Under the pieces are notes generated by a model. It saw only the letters and a list, made by a program, of their open reading frames with translations. It was not told where the DNA came from and made no database searches. A stretch of 64,000 nt of DNA from Lepidodermella squamata (Eukaryota; Animalia; Gastrotricha). How positions within the stretch are numbered: position 1 is the first letter of the stretch; every line of letters begins with the position of its first letter. Below are positions 47,575 through 60,125 of the stretch, one piece after another. The position numbers were made by a program, and so were the translations under genes. The stretch lies in NCBI GenBank assembly GCA_047495785.1, contig JBLDXI010000024.1:2914001-2978000 (forward strand), read 5' to 3'.

Positions 47575-49624
47575 ATGCTCAAGTTACTACCATTGACAGT
47601 TGTTTTAGTGTCAACAATATGCGTTGTCTACGTATTCCAAGAATTTTTTATTTTCATCTATGATTACTCTTGTGATTTCGTCTACAACACGACCTACGGG
47701 CCCAGAGATGAAGACCCGGTTAAAAACCGGGATTGGTTTTCGGTGTCCTATTTAGGCCATGGTGGCTATCCTGTCAATATCGACTTCGACAAGCTGAGTT
47801 TTGTCAACAGGAGGAAAGTTTCCAAGGCATTTGATACTCATGGTTTCAACGAATTTCTCTCCGACATGATACCGCTCAATCGAACCATCCGTGATGTGAG
47901 GATTGACGACTGCAAATTCCTGCCGGACTATCCTATTGATGAAATGCCTGATACATCGGTTATCATATGTTTCTACAACGAAGCCTGGTCGACCCTTCTG
48001 AGGACAGTTCATTCCATTCTTATCCAATCTCCTCCTAAATTGTTACGCGAAATCATTTTAATCGACGATTATTCCGATTTTGACCATTTGAAGGAGCCAC
48101 TGGAGGAATACATCAAAGCCTTACCTAAGGTTAGGCTAATCAGGACCAGGGAACGAGAAGGACTGATTCGAGCAAGAATGCTAGGGACGAGACATGCATT
48201 GGGGGATACTTTCACTTTCTTAGACTCTCATGTTGAATGCACGCACGGATGGCTAGAACCTTTACTGTATCGGATTTACCAGAACAAGACAAATGTAGTT
48301 GCGCCAGTTATTGACAACATCAATCCTAATAATTGGGACTACTTCTTGATTTCTCACCATAATATGGGCTATTTTGACTGGAATTTAGTGTATAATTGGA
48401 TGCATCCAGTAAGTAACCTCAAATCCAGCCAAAAGTGGTTAAAATATGATTTTTTAGTTACCAGAGCGAGTCTTGAAAATGCGGGTTAACGAAACCGATC
48501 CTGTTATAATGCCAGCAATGGCCGGAGGTCTTTACACGATTCATAGGGACTACATGCAGTGGCTGGGTGGTTACGATGAGAAAATGGATATTTGGGGTGA
48601 GTTGAACTTTAACTACAGCATTCACTTTCAGCAAATTCGATTTTTCAGGTGGAGAAAATATTGAGATGAGCTTCAAAATATGGACGTGTGGCGGTCGCAT
48701 CGAAATGATGCCATGCAGTCATGTTGGGCACATCTACCGCTCAAAACTGCCGTACTCTTTCGGATGGAAAGCTAAACGAGACCCCGTCAAACGAAATGTT
48801 CTGCGAGCCGCTGAAGTTTGGATGGATAGCTATCGGTTCTACTACTACGAGCAAATTCAGTTCAATATCCTCGACTTTGGCGATGTAAGCGAGCGAAAAG
48901 CTCTTCGGCAAAGTCTCAAGTGCCACTCGTTCGAATGGTACCTCAAAAACATAATTCCAGAGGTGATCGTCCCGGGCGAGGGAATATTTTTCGGCGAAAT
49001 AAGGAGTGAAGTTACTGATCTATGTATCGAAGCTTCAACTGTTGGGTACAAACTTGTGTCTGTAAAGCCATGTACTGGCAAAGCAGGTATGTTCGGCCGA
49101 AAATTGTTCAAATCGGTTTTATTTTTGAAATTTAGGTGACCAGTATTGGATATTTACGAAAAACAACGAAATCCGACGAGAGGCTGGCTGTTTCGAGTTG
49201 AAAGCCGCGGGTAATAGCCTCTACACGAATTTGTGCCTTGGCAATAAAGGAAATCAAAACTTCGAATATTCACAGGTAACAAAACTGTTAAATTAGATAT
49301 CCACCTAAATTTTGAATTTCTAAGGTTTCGAAACAAGTTCGTAGCGTAGAGCATAACTTGTGCCTTGAGCTGAATCGGCGACGTCGAGAATTAATGATGA
49401 CAGCGTGCGACGGCAGCAATCCTAATCAAAGGTGGTATTGGTACCGACGAGGCCCACGAGATATTCCTCTCCATTTATACCCATCGGACACGTTACCACC
49501 TTATCGGCGACAAGTTACGCCGAAAATAACTTGGAACATCATGATTGGCTGTGCTCAAATTATTTTTGTGATCATCAAAGCATTTTACGAGTTTGAATGG
49601 CTGAAGTGTGCAGATATAAATTAG
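47575..49624 (+). CDS. Polypeptide N-acetylgalactosaminyltransferase (GALNT family)
   Basis: Exons 47575-48408, 48458-48596, 48649-49086, 49136-49275, 49325-49624. N-terminal TM, FYNEAWSTLLRT, LDSHVEC (DxH), WGGENIEMS, PCSHVGH, ricin-type lectin repeats. Confidence 0.95.
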
Positions 49625-49861
49625 TAAACATTTTAATTCAAAAGAAGTTCTAGAATGAATAGGACTGGCCATTTCTATACTGAAAACTTATACATAGCGG
49701 CCTTTGACGTCAATGCACTTATTTCATCATTTCGAAGTGATTCATCCTGCAACTCGCAAACTTGCTTGATGCCGTCGATGTACAGCAGAACAATGAAGAA
49801 GGTAATCAATTTCTGCCGATGCGACATAAGCGAGCTCAGTTGTCTTGATATTATTTAACAC

Positions 49862-50521
49862 ATGAACTCCGAAATAGGAAAAATTTGTGAACACCTTTCG
49901 AGGCTCAGTGACTGTCCTCAGGCTTATCAACAGGAAATCCTGCGAGGATGTGGTAAAGCTGAACTGAATGATCTATTGGAAAACTTCCTGCAGTCCATCA
50001 GCGATAGGCGAATGGTGCAATCGATCAGGGCTAAGAAAGCAGCAATTGAGAACAGCGGCTCCGATGCAATCTACATTTTCCACTCCGATGTCAAAACATT
50101 CAAGAGCAAACCGGAGTTTTTATGCCTGGCTGTAGAACCTCGGCAAGAAGGCGAGATAGCTTTCAACGTGAGCTGCTACTCGTATTCAAAAGCGCTCAAC
50201 ATGAAAAACATTCACCACTTGTGTTTCGGAGCATTTATACTGCCTGGGAGCTCAGATGTGGCGTTTAGAATAACGAGTGGCTGCAATTTGAGACAAGGAT
50301 TCTCCATTTTCCGAAACACCTTCAACTGTGTGAAACTAGGAGAGAATCACGTTTCTCTTGATGATCTGTTGCTGGCAAGTTTTGTGCATGAAATACAACG
50401 GAGAGATCCAGCAATAACTGCGCCTGGTGCAAAAATTACAAAGCTGCAACTATCATCAATTCGAAGTCTTCTTGATTGCTTTATCCCGGCTGCTTCTTGC
50501 TGGAGCTGCACCAACACGTAA
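49862..50521 (+). CDS. Hypothetical protein (may have an upstream exon at about 49655-49801)
   Basis: 219-aa open frame with protein-like composition. No family recognised. Confidence 0.4.
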   Translation: MNSEIGKICEHLSRLSDCPQAYQQEILRGCGKAELNDLLENFLQSISDRRMVQSIRAKKAAIENSGSDAIYIFHSDVKTFKSKPEFLCLAVEPRQEGEIAFNVSCYSYSKALNMKNIHHLCFGAFILPGSSDVAFRITSGCNLRQGFSIFRNTFNCVKLGENHVSLDDLLLASFVHEIQRRDPAITAPGAKITKLQLSSIRSLLDCFIPAASCWSCTNT

Positions 50522-50834
50522 CATAACAAACATAACAAAAACATATTTTTTTGTGCAATTTACAGTATCTCTTTGAAATCAGAAGAAACAAATACAAAAA
50601 TAATTGATAATATTTTCGATGTTTTAATAGCGAATTCAGTATGTGTCAAATTTCGACGTTACTAGCCATTCTCTACTATTATTATGCATAATTTTGTAAC
50701 CTTTGCAGTCATCCGGTATATCTCGGCAACATATTTTTAAAAGAATGTTGACTATATTTGAAGATTGCTCATTAACTTTCGGTGCAAAATTGGAATGATT
50801 TCTCTAAAACACTGTGATCATTATATTGGCACTA

Positions 50835-51123
50835 CCTTTTCGATATGCTACAATTGTCTGTTGTTGGGAAACACGTGCCTCTATACGACTTACGAAATTG
50901 GAAAAACTGTCGCGCCACAATCTTCCTGACCAGAATTGTTAATATTTGGAATGAAGCTACCTGATAAAATGTTCTTGATATTGGCAGAATCCTATTACTA
51001 TTGGAATTTATGGAACACTGACTTGTCAAATTGTCTAATTACGTATAACTACGAAGTATAAGCGGTCTGCTTATCCTTTCTGCCCGCGAAACCTTGGTTT
51101 TGAAATAAAAATTATTATTATTA
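50835..51123 (+). mobile_element. 3' fragment of a CR1/L2-type LINE
   Basis: FLTRIVNIWN..P motif, and an AATAAAA(ATT)n tail like the copy at 11103-11800. Confidence 0.65.
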
Positions 51124-51767
51124 AATCATGCAACATGCAATAAAAAATGCAGATTTTTTTATATCAATTTCAAGTTTCCATTCCTTTTTGAATATCATTT
51201 GATTAGTACGCAACAACGTCGTGGCAGGAGGCCGATTAACGAACATAGGTACTCAGCCCGTGAAAGGCATTACCGTGGGTTTCGCATTCAGACATAGCTT
51301 ACCACATATGAGTAATGATTGCACTCATGGCAGCTTTCTATGTGCTCAACAATATGGACTAGGGCAAAAAAGACGACAGCACTGGTTAGTAATAATTTTA
51401 GCTACATTCATGCCCATTCACCTTAGCTGAATAGGGTAGCTTTGAATAAAGAAGGTGTTTTAGGCATCCCCACGCTTCTCAATAATGAAGATTGATGAAG
51501 AGTAATAGGTCGAGTAATGAAGATTGATCAATGTCTCTTGATTCAAGGTCGCGAATTTTCATCATCAACCCTCGCAAAGTACAGTAAACTTCAGAGATAC
51601 TTATGTGCTAATCTTTTTGGTAAATCACAACAGCAAAATTGAGAATTTCAAGAGTTTAAAATAACAATTATAAAAATACGACAACAATACAGCAGCGAGC
51701 TAGGACATCAGGTCCAATAACTAAACCATACAGATCGAATTAAACCAGTGTTGAGCCATTATATTGT

Positions 51768-52910
51768 TCAACTCGCGGTGTAACGAGCAGTGCCTCTTGC
51801 CAAAGGAAGGGTAACTATAACAGTAACCGATGCTGAGACAATGAGTGCCACAGTGGCTAGAGTTATCTGCATTGAAACAACAGAGCTCTGAAGTATCACC
51901 AAAATTAGTACAGTGGCTGCGGCAATCGTCGTCAAATTGAAGAGCGCGATTCCAAACACTCGATCAGCCAGATCGACCGAACGTATCGAAGTCGGAACGC
52001 GCGAATGCAACCGAAAAGCATAACCCCGAAATTCAACCCTGCCAGTGCTTGGAAATAGGCGTCTTGGGTATCTGAGTGGCAGACGGAAATAATGACTCGA
52101 GTCAGGACATCGCTCTTTGCGTCATAGAACATCTTTTCATTACTAACTTTCGAGTAGAATACTGGCTGATCTCGAATCAACAGTACCATCATCACAACCA
52201 AATTTGACAATGGCCTTTCGTTACTTTCGTTTCTTTCGTACAATTCTCCGCCACCATGTTCGGCATTGCCGTAGGATCGATAGTTGACAACGAATACACC
52301 ATGAAAGCATAACGAGGCCCCGTGATCCCAACATTGTGGGCGAAACAAAGAAACTGAGTAATCACAGCGGTTTCAGTGACGTGAATCACAAAAATTCGAG
52401 CGTCGCTTTGCTTTGCAGATTCGATATATCCGCGGTCGATGCCGGATCCGATGTCGAACCATATAAGTCTAACCTCGAATTCATCAATCGCACTTAGGAA
52501 GTGAGTTGCCATTCGGACATTGAATGGGTTGTCAGCATTAGCGTACGCGGCGATTTTCAACCAACGGTTTTGTCGGAGAAAGGACAGGCTGATGTAATTT
52601 CCTCGGTCAGCCGAGCTCCTGATTCGGTACAGGTTAGGGTAAATCTTCCGATTTTCGGTATAAGCTGGACCATGGCAAGCGTAAGCTATCGCGATGCTGT
52701 GAATTTCATGAACCATCGCCCCATAAGATTTGCAACCTGGGGTGAAATTAACGCCAAGGATTATCGGGGATTGGTAGTTGCTGGCGATTCCGGTTACGGA
52801 ATTTCGACCTCTATCGAATATCTCATCGAATTCCCGAGTGAAGCCGACGGCAACAGTGGTTGCCTGGACCCCACTTGGGCCATCTCCAACATCGCGAATC
52901 ACGTTATCGT
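51768..52910 (-). pseudogene. Deleted and frameshifted GABA-B-like class C GPCR
   Basis: Flytrap pieces (IILG..TPGC, YPNLYR, ARIFV, GITGPRYAF) jump directly to the last TM helices across three frames. Confidence 0.75.
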
Positions 52911-53935
52911 CCGGTGGTACAAAAATTATCGATACAATAACAATGTTATTGTACAGGCCATAGAGAATAGAGTTACCAGACGTTTAAGGTGGATTTTTTA
53001 ATTTTATTAGTCCAATTGCCCAACTCGACCACTCACCCCCTGACTGTACTAGCCAAAAGAACACGCATTTTTCTTATTTCTTAACTAGTTTTGTTTTAAT
53101 AAATAAGGAAAAGCCCGGCATTTTTGCTCTAAGAGATGCAAATCATTATTGCAGTATCATTACTTTATTGAAATTTTCAAAATTTTCAAAACGTATGGCA
53201 TCGTGGCAAAGGTCCATAGGAGGGCGGAACTGAAAGAGGGTGACGAATTCATCGACATTTCTGTTCGACTACTAGCTTGCATTGTTGATTGCTCGCGTTG
53301 GGATCATCCAAAGGCTGCTCCGTCTCCGAACTAGGAGAAGGGCGAGGCTGCTCCAGCTTCAACATTCGATCATTGAAAAGAGCCCTAATTGACGCATCGC
53401 CCTTTAGGGTGTTACTTCATTGGGCATCAACTAGTCCACCCGGTACATTTCCACACGCAGTGGCCGGGGAGAATTTTCTTAATCCCGGCTTGCGACACTG
53501 CGTTCTTCACCAGAGCGCTCTTTTAATCCTATTCGCAGTTCGGAATTGAACTTCTTCCAAAAAAACCGATTGTTAGGCGCGGACAGCGTTATAGTCCAGC
53601 AGGAAGACCGGCAACAAGACACAATCGACTGCCTGGAACAGCGTACGCTCTTGGTCCGCTTCTTCACCTTCTTCTCCAGCTTCGAAGCCACGGGTTCCAA
53701 TGAGGCGGGGCGTCCCATATAAGCAATTTTCCGTGAAAGCAACCGCAAAAATGATGCGTGAATTAAATCGCGGTATCGAAAAATGAATAAATAGCAATGA
53801 TTTTTGCAAAACGTTAGTGAAAATATTAGGCTGGATTTTTTAATTTTAGAAATTGACCTTGCTGTCTAGCTATCCTACACGGTCCGGCTCGTTTTGTCCC
53901 ACCGAACGATAACATACATAGTGGATTCGCGTCGA

Positions 53936-54104
53936 ACATAACGCGTTATAGTACTCCGATATTGGCCGAGAGGCGTCCGGCTCGCGAAAGCGAGCCAGCC
54001 TCGAGTCCAATATCGCCTCGAGTCCATATTGGACTCGAGGCTGGCTCGCTTTCGCGAGCCGGACGCCTCTCGGCCAATATCGGAGTACAATAACTGCGTT
54101 ATGT
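53936..54104. mobile_element. Short palindromic insertion with nested GCGAAAGC mini-hairpins
   Basis: Arms GTACTCCGATATTGGCCGAGAGGCGTCCGGCTCGCGAAAGCGAGCCAGCCTCGAGTCCAATAT and its reverse complement. Confidence 0.8.
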
Positions 54105-54323
54105 ACTCCTTCGAATCCAATATATACTAATGTTGTAGTCTTTTAAGATATCAGTTCGCTGATTGATCTTGTCAGCTACGAATTTAGCCGCCAGGCTGCA
54201 TGTCATTTCTTGCAACGGTAAGCCGGGGATCGTTGTGGCTAGGCGTAGGATTGTGAGATTGTAGGGTTTCAAAGCATCCGAAAGCTGAAAGATGCTTATT
54301 GCAATGAGTAGCAGCGCTTGCAT
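54105..54323 (-). pseudogene. N-terminal fragment of another GABA-B-like receptor
   Basis: Signal peptide plus AAKFVADKINQRTDILKDYNISI, followed by a frameshift and the palindromic insertion. Confidence 0.7.
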
Positions 54324-56518
54324 GATGGGAACGTAACTCTCGAAAAGGAAGGTGGATACAGTTTTAGCGTTAATTTGGCACTTTTTATATGCCCCGAGGA
54401 GACATTACACTAATTGGACTTCCTTAGTGTCCTATCCATTGCGAAATTAAGTAATCTAAGATGTAAACGTTAACGAATTTGTTGGAAATGCACTCTTAAC
54501 ATAAATTAGTTTTGCGTCAAGTCGGGGTCATTCTACATTCTACATCTCGCATTCATCGCATCATTCTAATTGATATTAATTTGGTAAATAGATGTCGAGG
54601 TATCAAAGAAGAAACTCGGGATTTTTGTCATCTGATTTTGAGTTTTCAAAAAGCTAAGGATGAGCCGGCGAAAAATGAAGTGAGTCCGGCGAAGCCAGCG
54701 ACCCCACGGGTTTTAGAGAGTGGCGGTTTTCGCGTTAATTAAAAAATTCAAATTCTCCGAAAATAAGCTATGAATGTCGCGGGCTCAACAAGGTCTATGC
54801 GCAGGCACGCACTTGAAACCGGCACACGACCAAGAACGCAACAACTCATGAGTCATGAGGAATCATTTTGGCGCACATAGAATTAAGTAGTAGCATGTCT
54901 GATCTTCTGAGCTTCTGACTTCTGACGCAGAAGTCACGTCAGTAATAGATTAATATGACCAGACGGATGCACAGTGAATCACGTAGTGTTCACGTGCATC
55001 AAAGCGTATGCAGTCACGCGAGCGTGCCAGCATGAGCGTTTGGCCATATCGATCTCTCACGGACAACTATTTTTTTTATCAGGTACCCCTCATAAGTTTT
55101 TTCTTGAATATGAAGTGTGTACTAACTAACAAAAACCCGAACAGAATGTATCGAAAACCGCCGAACGTAGGGGCCACTTTCATTTATTGAATGTTCGCCA
55201 CGAAGTTTTCAACCACAGCATTCGGTTTTGTTCTTCAGTACTCGTACCCCGGTAATAAATTGGTTTCGTGGCTGGATTTTCAGATAAAATAATCTTCTTT
55301 GACGCCGCCAACTTACCCACTGAATAAATCTTATTAAGATCTTCAATTTGATATCATAATCATCGAAAACGGAGCTCGGATCGCTACTCTACGCCGGCTA
55401 GAAGTAGGGTCAGTTTCCTTTCATAAAATTAGTAAGAAAATGAAAAAAAAATAAAGACGCAGAGGAGAAGAAAAAAACTACTAGTGAAATTTGGTTTTCA
55501 CCAAACGAAAATGCAGATGAAGAAAGGTATAGTACTGACTTTAATGCGATGGGAATTAGGTCTGAGGTCTGAGGTCACCGTAAGTCCGGACTGCTCCGCA
55601 GCAGCAGCCAAAGTTCTTCTCAATAGCGGTCACTCAAGATTTCGAGACACTTTGGAAGCATCCACTCTGTCAAAAATTGCACAATCTCAACATACTTCAT
55701 TATGGAACCCACTTCATACTTCATTTTTACAAGCAAAGCAGCCCATTTCGCTCGAAGTTTTGGTTCATGTGCGTGTTACGAGGGTTGAGAGTTGACCAGG
55801 TTTGGCTAGAATCGCTATCAGAAATAGTACATATCATTTTCGCGAAGAAAAAGTCGAATCGAAATTCCTTTGACCCGATGTGCAACTTTGCAGATCATTA
55901 TCAGGAATCAGGAATATAATAAGTATTGTACAGAGTGGGGAAACACAAATCATGAAAGTATGATAATGAATCACTAATTAATACGAATCTCATTTCTCAT
56001 CATACCATAGCTGCGATATCTTTTCGTTTTCATTTTCTTGGAATATATTCTTTATCATCGGCGGGCACTAGGGGGGCGTTGACTAATGCAGCACTAATAC
56101 AGCACAAAAAATTACTCTCTCAACATTAGCAGCGATTTATTTTATTGTTATAGCTGTTTTATTGTTTTGTGGTGTTGCGAAAGTTTGGATCAGGATGGCT
56201 AGTTCCGATAAATCGGATGATTTCCTCCAGGTATGGCTTGCAAAAAATGCGATTTTAAATGGATGTGGCTATGTGAACACAGGATTGTGTATCGCCCAAT
56301 GGCTGTGTAAACAATGTGCGTGACACACAGCCAAATGTTAGCGCGCGCCGTTTGAGTAGCCAAACACAATGTGTACGCATAGCCATTGGGCAGGCCACAA
56401 ACGCGCGTCAAATCAATTGATTCGTCAACATTCAAATCGCCGTGCTTGTTAGCATTTTTTTGCAAAAAATACTGATTTGAATTTCACGGGACCCATGCCA
56501 AAAACGAACATTCAAATA

Positions 56519-56926
56519 CTGTATATCTACTAATTTTCGGTTTTGGAGATTTCGGACCTGTACTTTTTATTTCGGTGGATTTGAATTCGGTTTGAGAGTT
56601 GATCCTGAGAAAAAAATTCGAAATTAGTCACTTTGAAATTGATTTCAGTGCTTCGATTTCGTGTTTTTACACGCTATCGGGAGATAATCACTGCTTTAGC
56701 AGCATCAATGTCTGTTGCTTCCAATATCCTTACTACCTAAAATTGCAGGTAACACAATTTTGGCACATTTTACCCTACTTTACCATGATGAAGCTGTATT
56801 TTAGAAAAGAACAATAAATTGGCCGAATTTATTTTCGGTGATTTTGAATTCGGTGTTTCCTCAAAAACACCGAATTCAAAGATCAAACCGAAAATTAGTG
56901 ACCACCGAAAAATAGCAGATATACAG
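56519..56926. mobile_element. TA-flanked MITE (Tc2/pogo-like)
   Basis: TA|CTGTATATCT..TTTTCGGT ... ACCGAAAA..AGATATACAG|TA, with internal TTCGGT/ACCGAA repeats. Confidence 0.7.
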
Positions 56927-57200
56927 TACACTAAATTAAATAAAGTTTATTGCTATCTAACGAAAAGTTTATAAATTGTTGTGAATGTGCCAGCGAATGA
57001 AAACTACTTGAAAAAAAATAAGGCGATTCATCGAACAACTTTCATCGAGGAAACTTACAACTGAATATATGATGAAATTTACCTAAATTCGGACATCAGC
57101 TTGAGATCCTTATAGTTCAGTTCCTTGAAATTTGAATTTGAAATTGCTTAGGGTGGGGACGGAGAAGCTAGCTGACGTATAAACTATAAACCTTTTTCAG

Positions 57201-58280
57201 GCAGTAACTTGTTGTGTTTGTTATGGCTACTACGTCAGCCCGAAAAATATGCCAAATTGCGGACACACATTCTGCGCAGCCTGCCTTGTTGAGATCCATC
57301 AACGCAGTGGAGGAGGAACTCAGATCGAATGCCCTCTGTGCCGCGAAGTCAGTCAAGTTGGCACGGGTGGTATCGCTGCTTGGAACAAAAACATCGTCGT
57401 GGCTAATATTGCTGAAATGATACGAAAGCAGGAACAGGAGGAGAAGCCTATTGAGCCTACTGAGGCTGAGTTACGAGATCAATCACTGAAATTTGAGTGC
57501 AAACACTCTTCCAAGCAGAAACTGACCTGCTCACACTGTAATGCTGCTTTCTGCCCGAGTTGTTTAGTTGTGCACAAGGAGAAAATGAGGCAACGATTGA
57601 AGGCACTTCACGATAGGATGCTAACTACCTTTGCCAGCACGGCTAATTTGGAAATTTTGAACGAAAGTTGCTCGAAAGCAAATCGCCTTTTTGACGAGCA
57701 GGTTGCTAGAGTTAACGGGATTGCATCTGGAGTTGCAGAAATGGTAAGGTGTGAAGTCGATGAAATACTTGCCGATAAGCTTACTCAAGTGAACGGGGAA
57801 GCCCAAATCTTGAAATATGAGAATACTAAAACGCAACGAGAGGCTGTTGAGCTTGCAGAGTGGTTAACCAGTCAAGATGCAACCAGTTTGAATAGGCGAA
57901 TCCATGTTATCCTATCCGGTTCGGTTCTCGACCACAATTGCGATAACGTTTCCGAGCTTCTCATGGAGGCTGAGAAAGCTTGTCAAAAGGTATAACAGTC
58001 ACAACATTTTGCAATAGTCACGCAATTCTTGTTCTAGCTCGATACGGCGATTAATGCACCTGCTTCAGGCATCGAATTTACACCGGCATCGGCAAAAGTT
58101 GCAAGGGTTTTGACTTATTTCCGACAAGAATTGACTCTTGGGTGGCTATCAGCTTCAACTTCTTATCTGCAGCAACCGACTGATACTGAAACGATTACGG
58201 ACGGCAAGGAGGAAATCGAATCGGATGCTAGCTTCGAGTTAGTACTGGCTTCTGCATCCGACGATGATAGCGACACTTAG
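57201..58280 (+). CDS. TRIM-like RING/B-box/coiled-coil protein with acidic tail (R10, class D); first exon not located
   Basis: Exons 57201-57989 and 58038-58280. RING CCVC..CGHTFCAAC..CPLC. Ends EEIESDASFELVLASASDDDSDT. Confidence 0.8.
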
Positions 58281-58765
58281 CCAATTGTCGTGCCTGATCA
58301 CTAGAACGTCAGTTATTCCTCTGAATTTTGAATCATACGCATCAAGTTATTTGGTTCTATCGTAACATATGCAAGTCGTTCTGCCACCAATCCCGTGATA
58401 TCCTACCTAGCATTTCGCGATAACGCCAACGCTGATAACGAATAATTGATAGAGTTTCAGTTAAATTATTGTACAGTGTTGTCTGAAACTACTGCAAGGG
58501 GCGGAGTTCATTTTTTATCTTTTCAGCGAGGAGCTTAGAAACATTGAAGAGTTTCATGAATTGCGCGCTTGTGTACGCGCTTTTGGCTATTTGAACACGC
58601 GCTGCAAAACCGACTAAGACACCTCATATAAAGGCCGATCCCGGCCGATTCCTTAGATCTGTATCTCATTGAGGACTTTTTTACCATGACAAGGAAATTC
58701 AGGCACAGGAAATGCAGCAAATAAAAAATGACTGAAGAATTACAGTCTGGAACTACATCCAGAAG

Positions 58766-58953
58766 CAGTGGAACCCCGATTTCCCGTCACCTGATTTTCC
58801 GTCTGACGGGAAATCGCGACATGTAATTATTTAGGAGCGACTGGGACCCGCAGGGGGCAATTTCACGCAAAACTACCTAGATTTCCAGTCAATTTTGATT
58901 TCCCATTAGGATTTCCGTGAAACCGCAGAAGACGGGAAATCGGGGTTCCACTG
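58766..58953. mobile_element. pogo/Tigger-like MITE
   Basis: TIR CAGTGGAACCCCGATTTCCCGTC / GACGGGAAATCGGGGTTCCACTG. TA is present only on the right side. Confidence 0.75.
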
Positions 58954-60125
58954 TATGAAGTAACAATGAAACCGTTTCAATAAATAACTTATTATTAGCA
59001 AAATAGGTGATTGTTGTGAAAGCTCAGGCCTCAAAACTGTCTATGCTAACCTATCATCCGCAGTTATTCTTAAAGGCTGTGAATCTTTTTGCTGTCTAAC
59101 CTACCTGATATCGAAAGTCAGCTGCTGTTTTCGTCTGCGATTAAAATAAAATTTCAGTTGTGGACACCAGGACACCAGGACAAACTAAACGCGGACAACC
59201 AACGGTGGAACGCTTTCCGTTCCCCCGTCATAGCTTCGTCTGTATGTAATGCCATGATAATAGTCGGACAATAAGCGGAGAGTTGAAGTTGCGTTATAAA
59301 AAATTCTCTTTCAGCACAAAAAATGTTCACATCATGTTGTCTTTTTCACCTAGTATCTAGTATATATCAGAGTTTCAACAATCATATATACCTAATAAAT
59401 AATTATCATGCAATTTCGTCTTTGAAATTCAACTCCAGAAGATTTCAATACTGCAGATATTGAAGCCCCAGTCCATTTCTCTATCCTTAATCCCGTTACG
59501 CCCTTTTGAACGCCAATGTGATGTTGCATGTGTTGCACAGAGAATTCTTTTCACCAAAGAAGGCTGATGAGAATGAACAAAATGGATGAATGATGAATCA
59601 CAAAATAAAATGAATAATTCTTTCCAGCATGCATACGTTTGATAACTGTGTTATCTTTCCGTCAGAAATTCTTCGGAACTAATGCGTTATCTCGCTCGGA
59701 AGGCTCAATTGGGCGTTGTCTATATATAAAGAGACTGAAATGAAATTTACTCTCAACACTACCGGCGATATATTATTTTTTCTTAATTTTCGAGGATTCA
59801 GATGGCTAGTTCGGATCACTCGGATGATTTCAGTCAGGTAAAGCCTCAAAAAATGAGATTTTGAATTCCGCACCTCCTAAAAACTAACAACGTTCCGAAA
59901 TTCTCTACAATTTTCCTATTATAAATACCTTTTAAATCCGCGCGCCTAATCGAACAAAATTAAGGAATGAAACTTGGCAACTGAAAAATAATAGGTTATT
60001 TGATCGGTATATAACCTGAATTAGGTTTTGTCTCGATTCTCGATCATTCTAGATGAGTACCTTTTCGGGGTTTCTATTCATGCTTTCTTGAGAAAAAAGC
60101 TGGCTGACGTATAACATTTGTTTAG

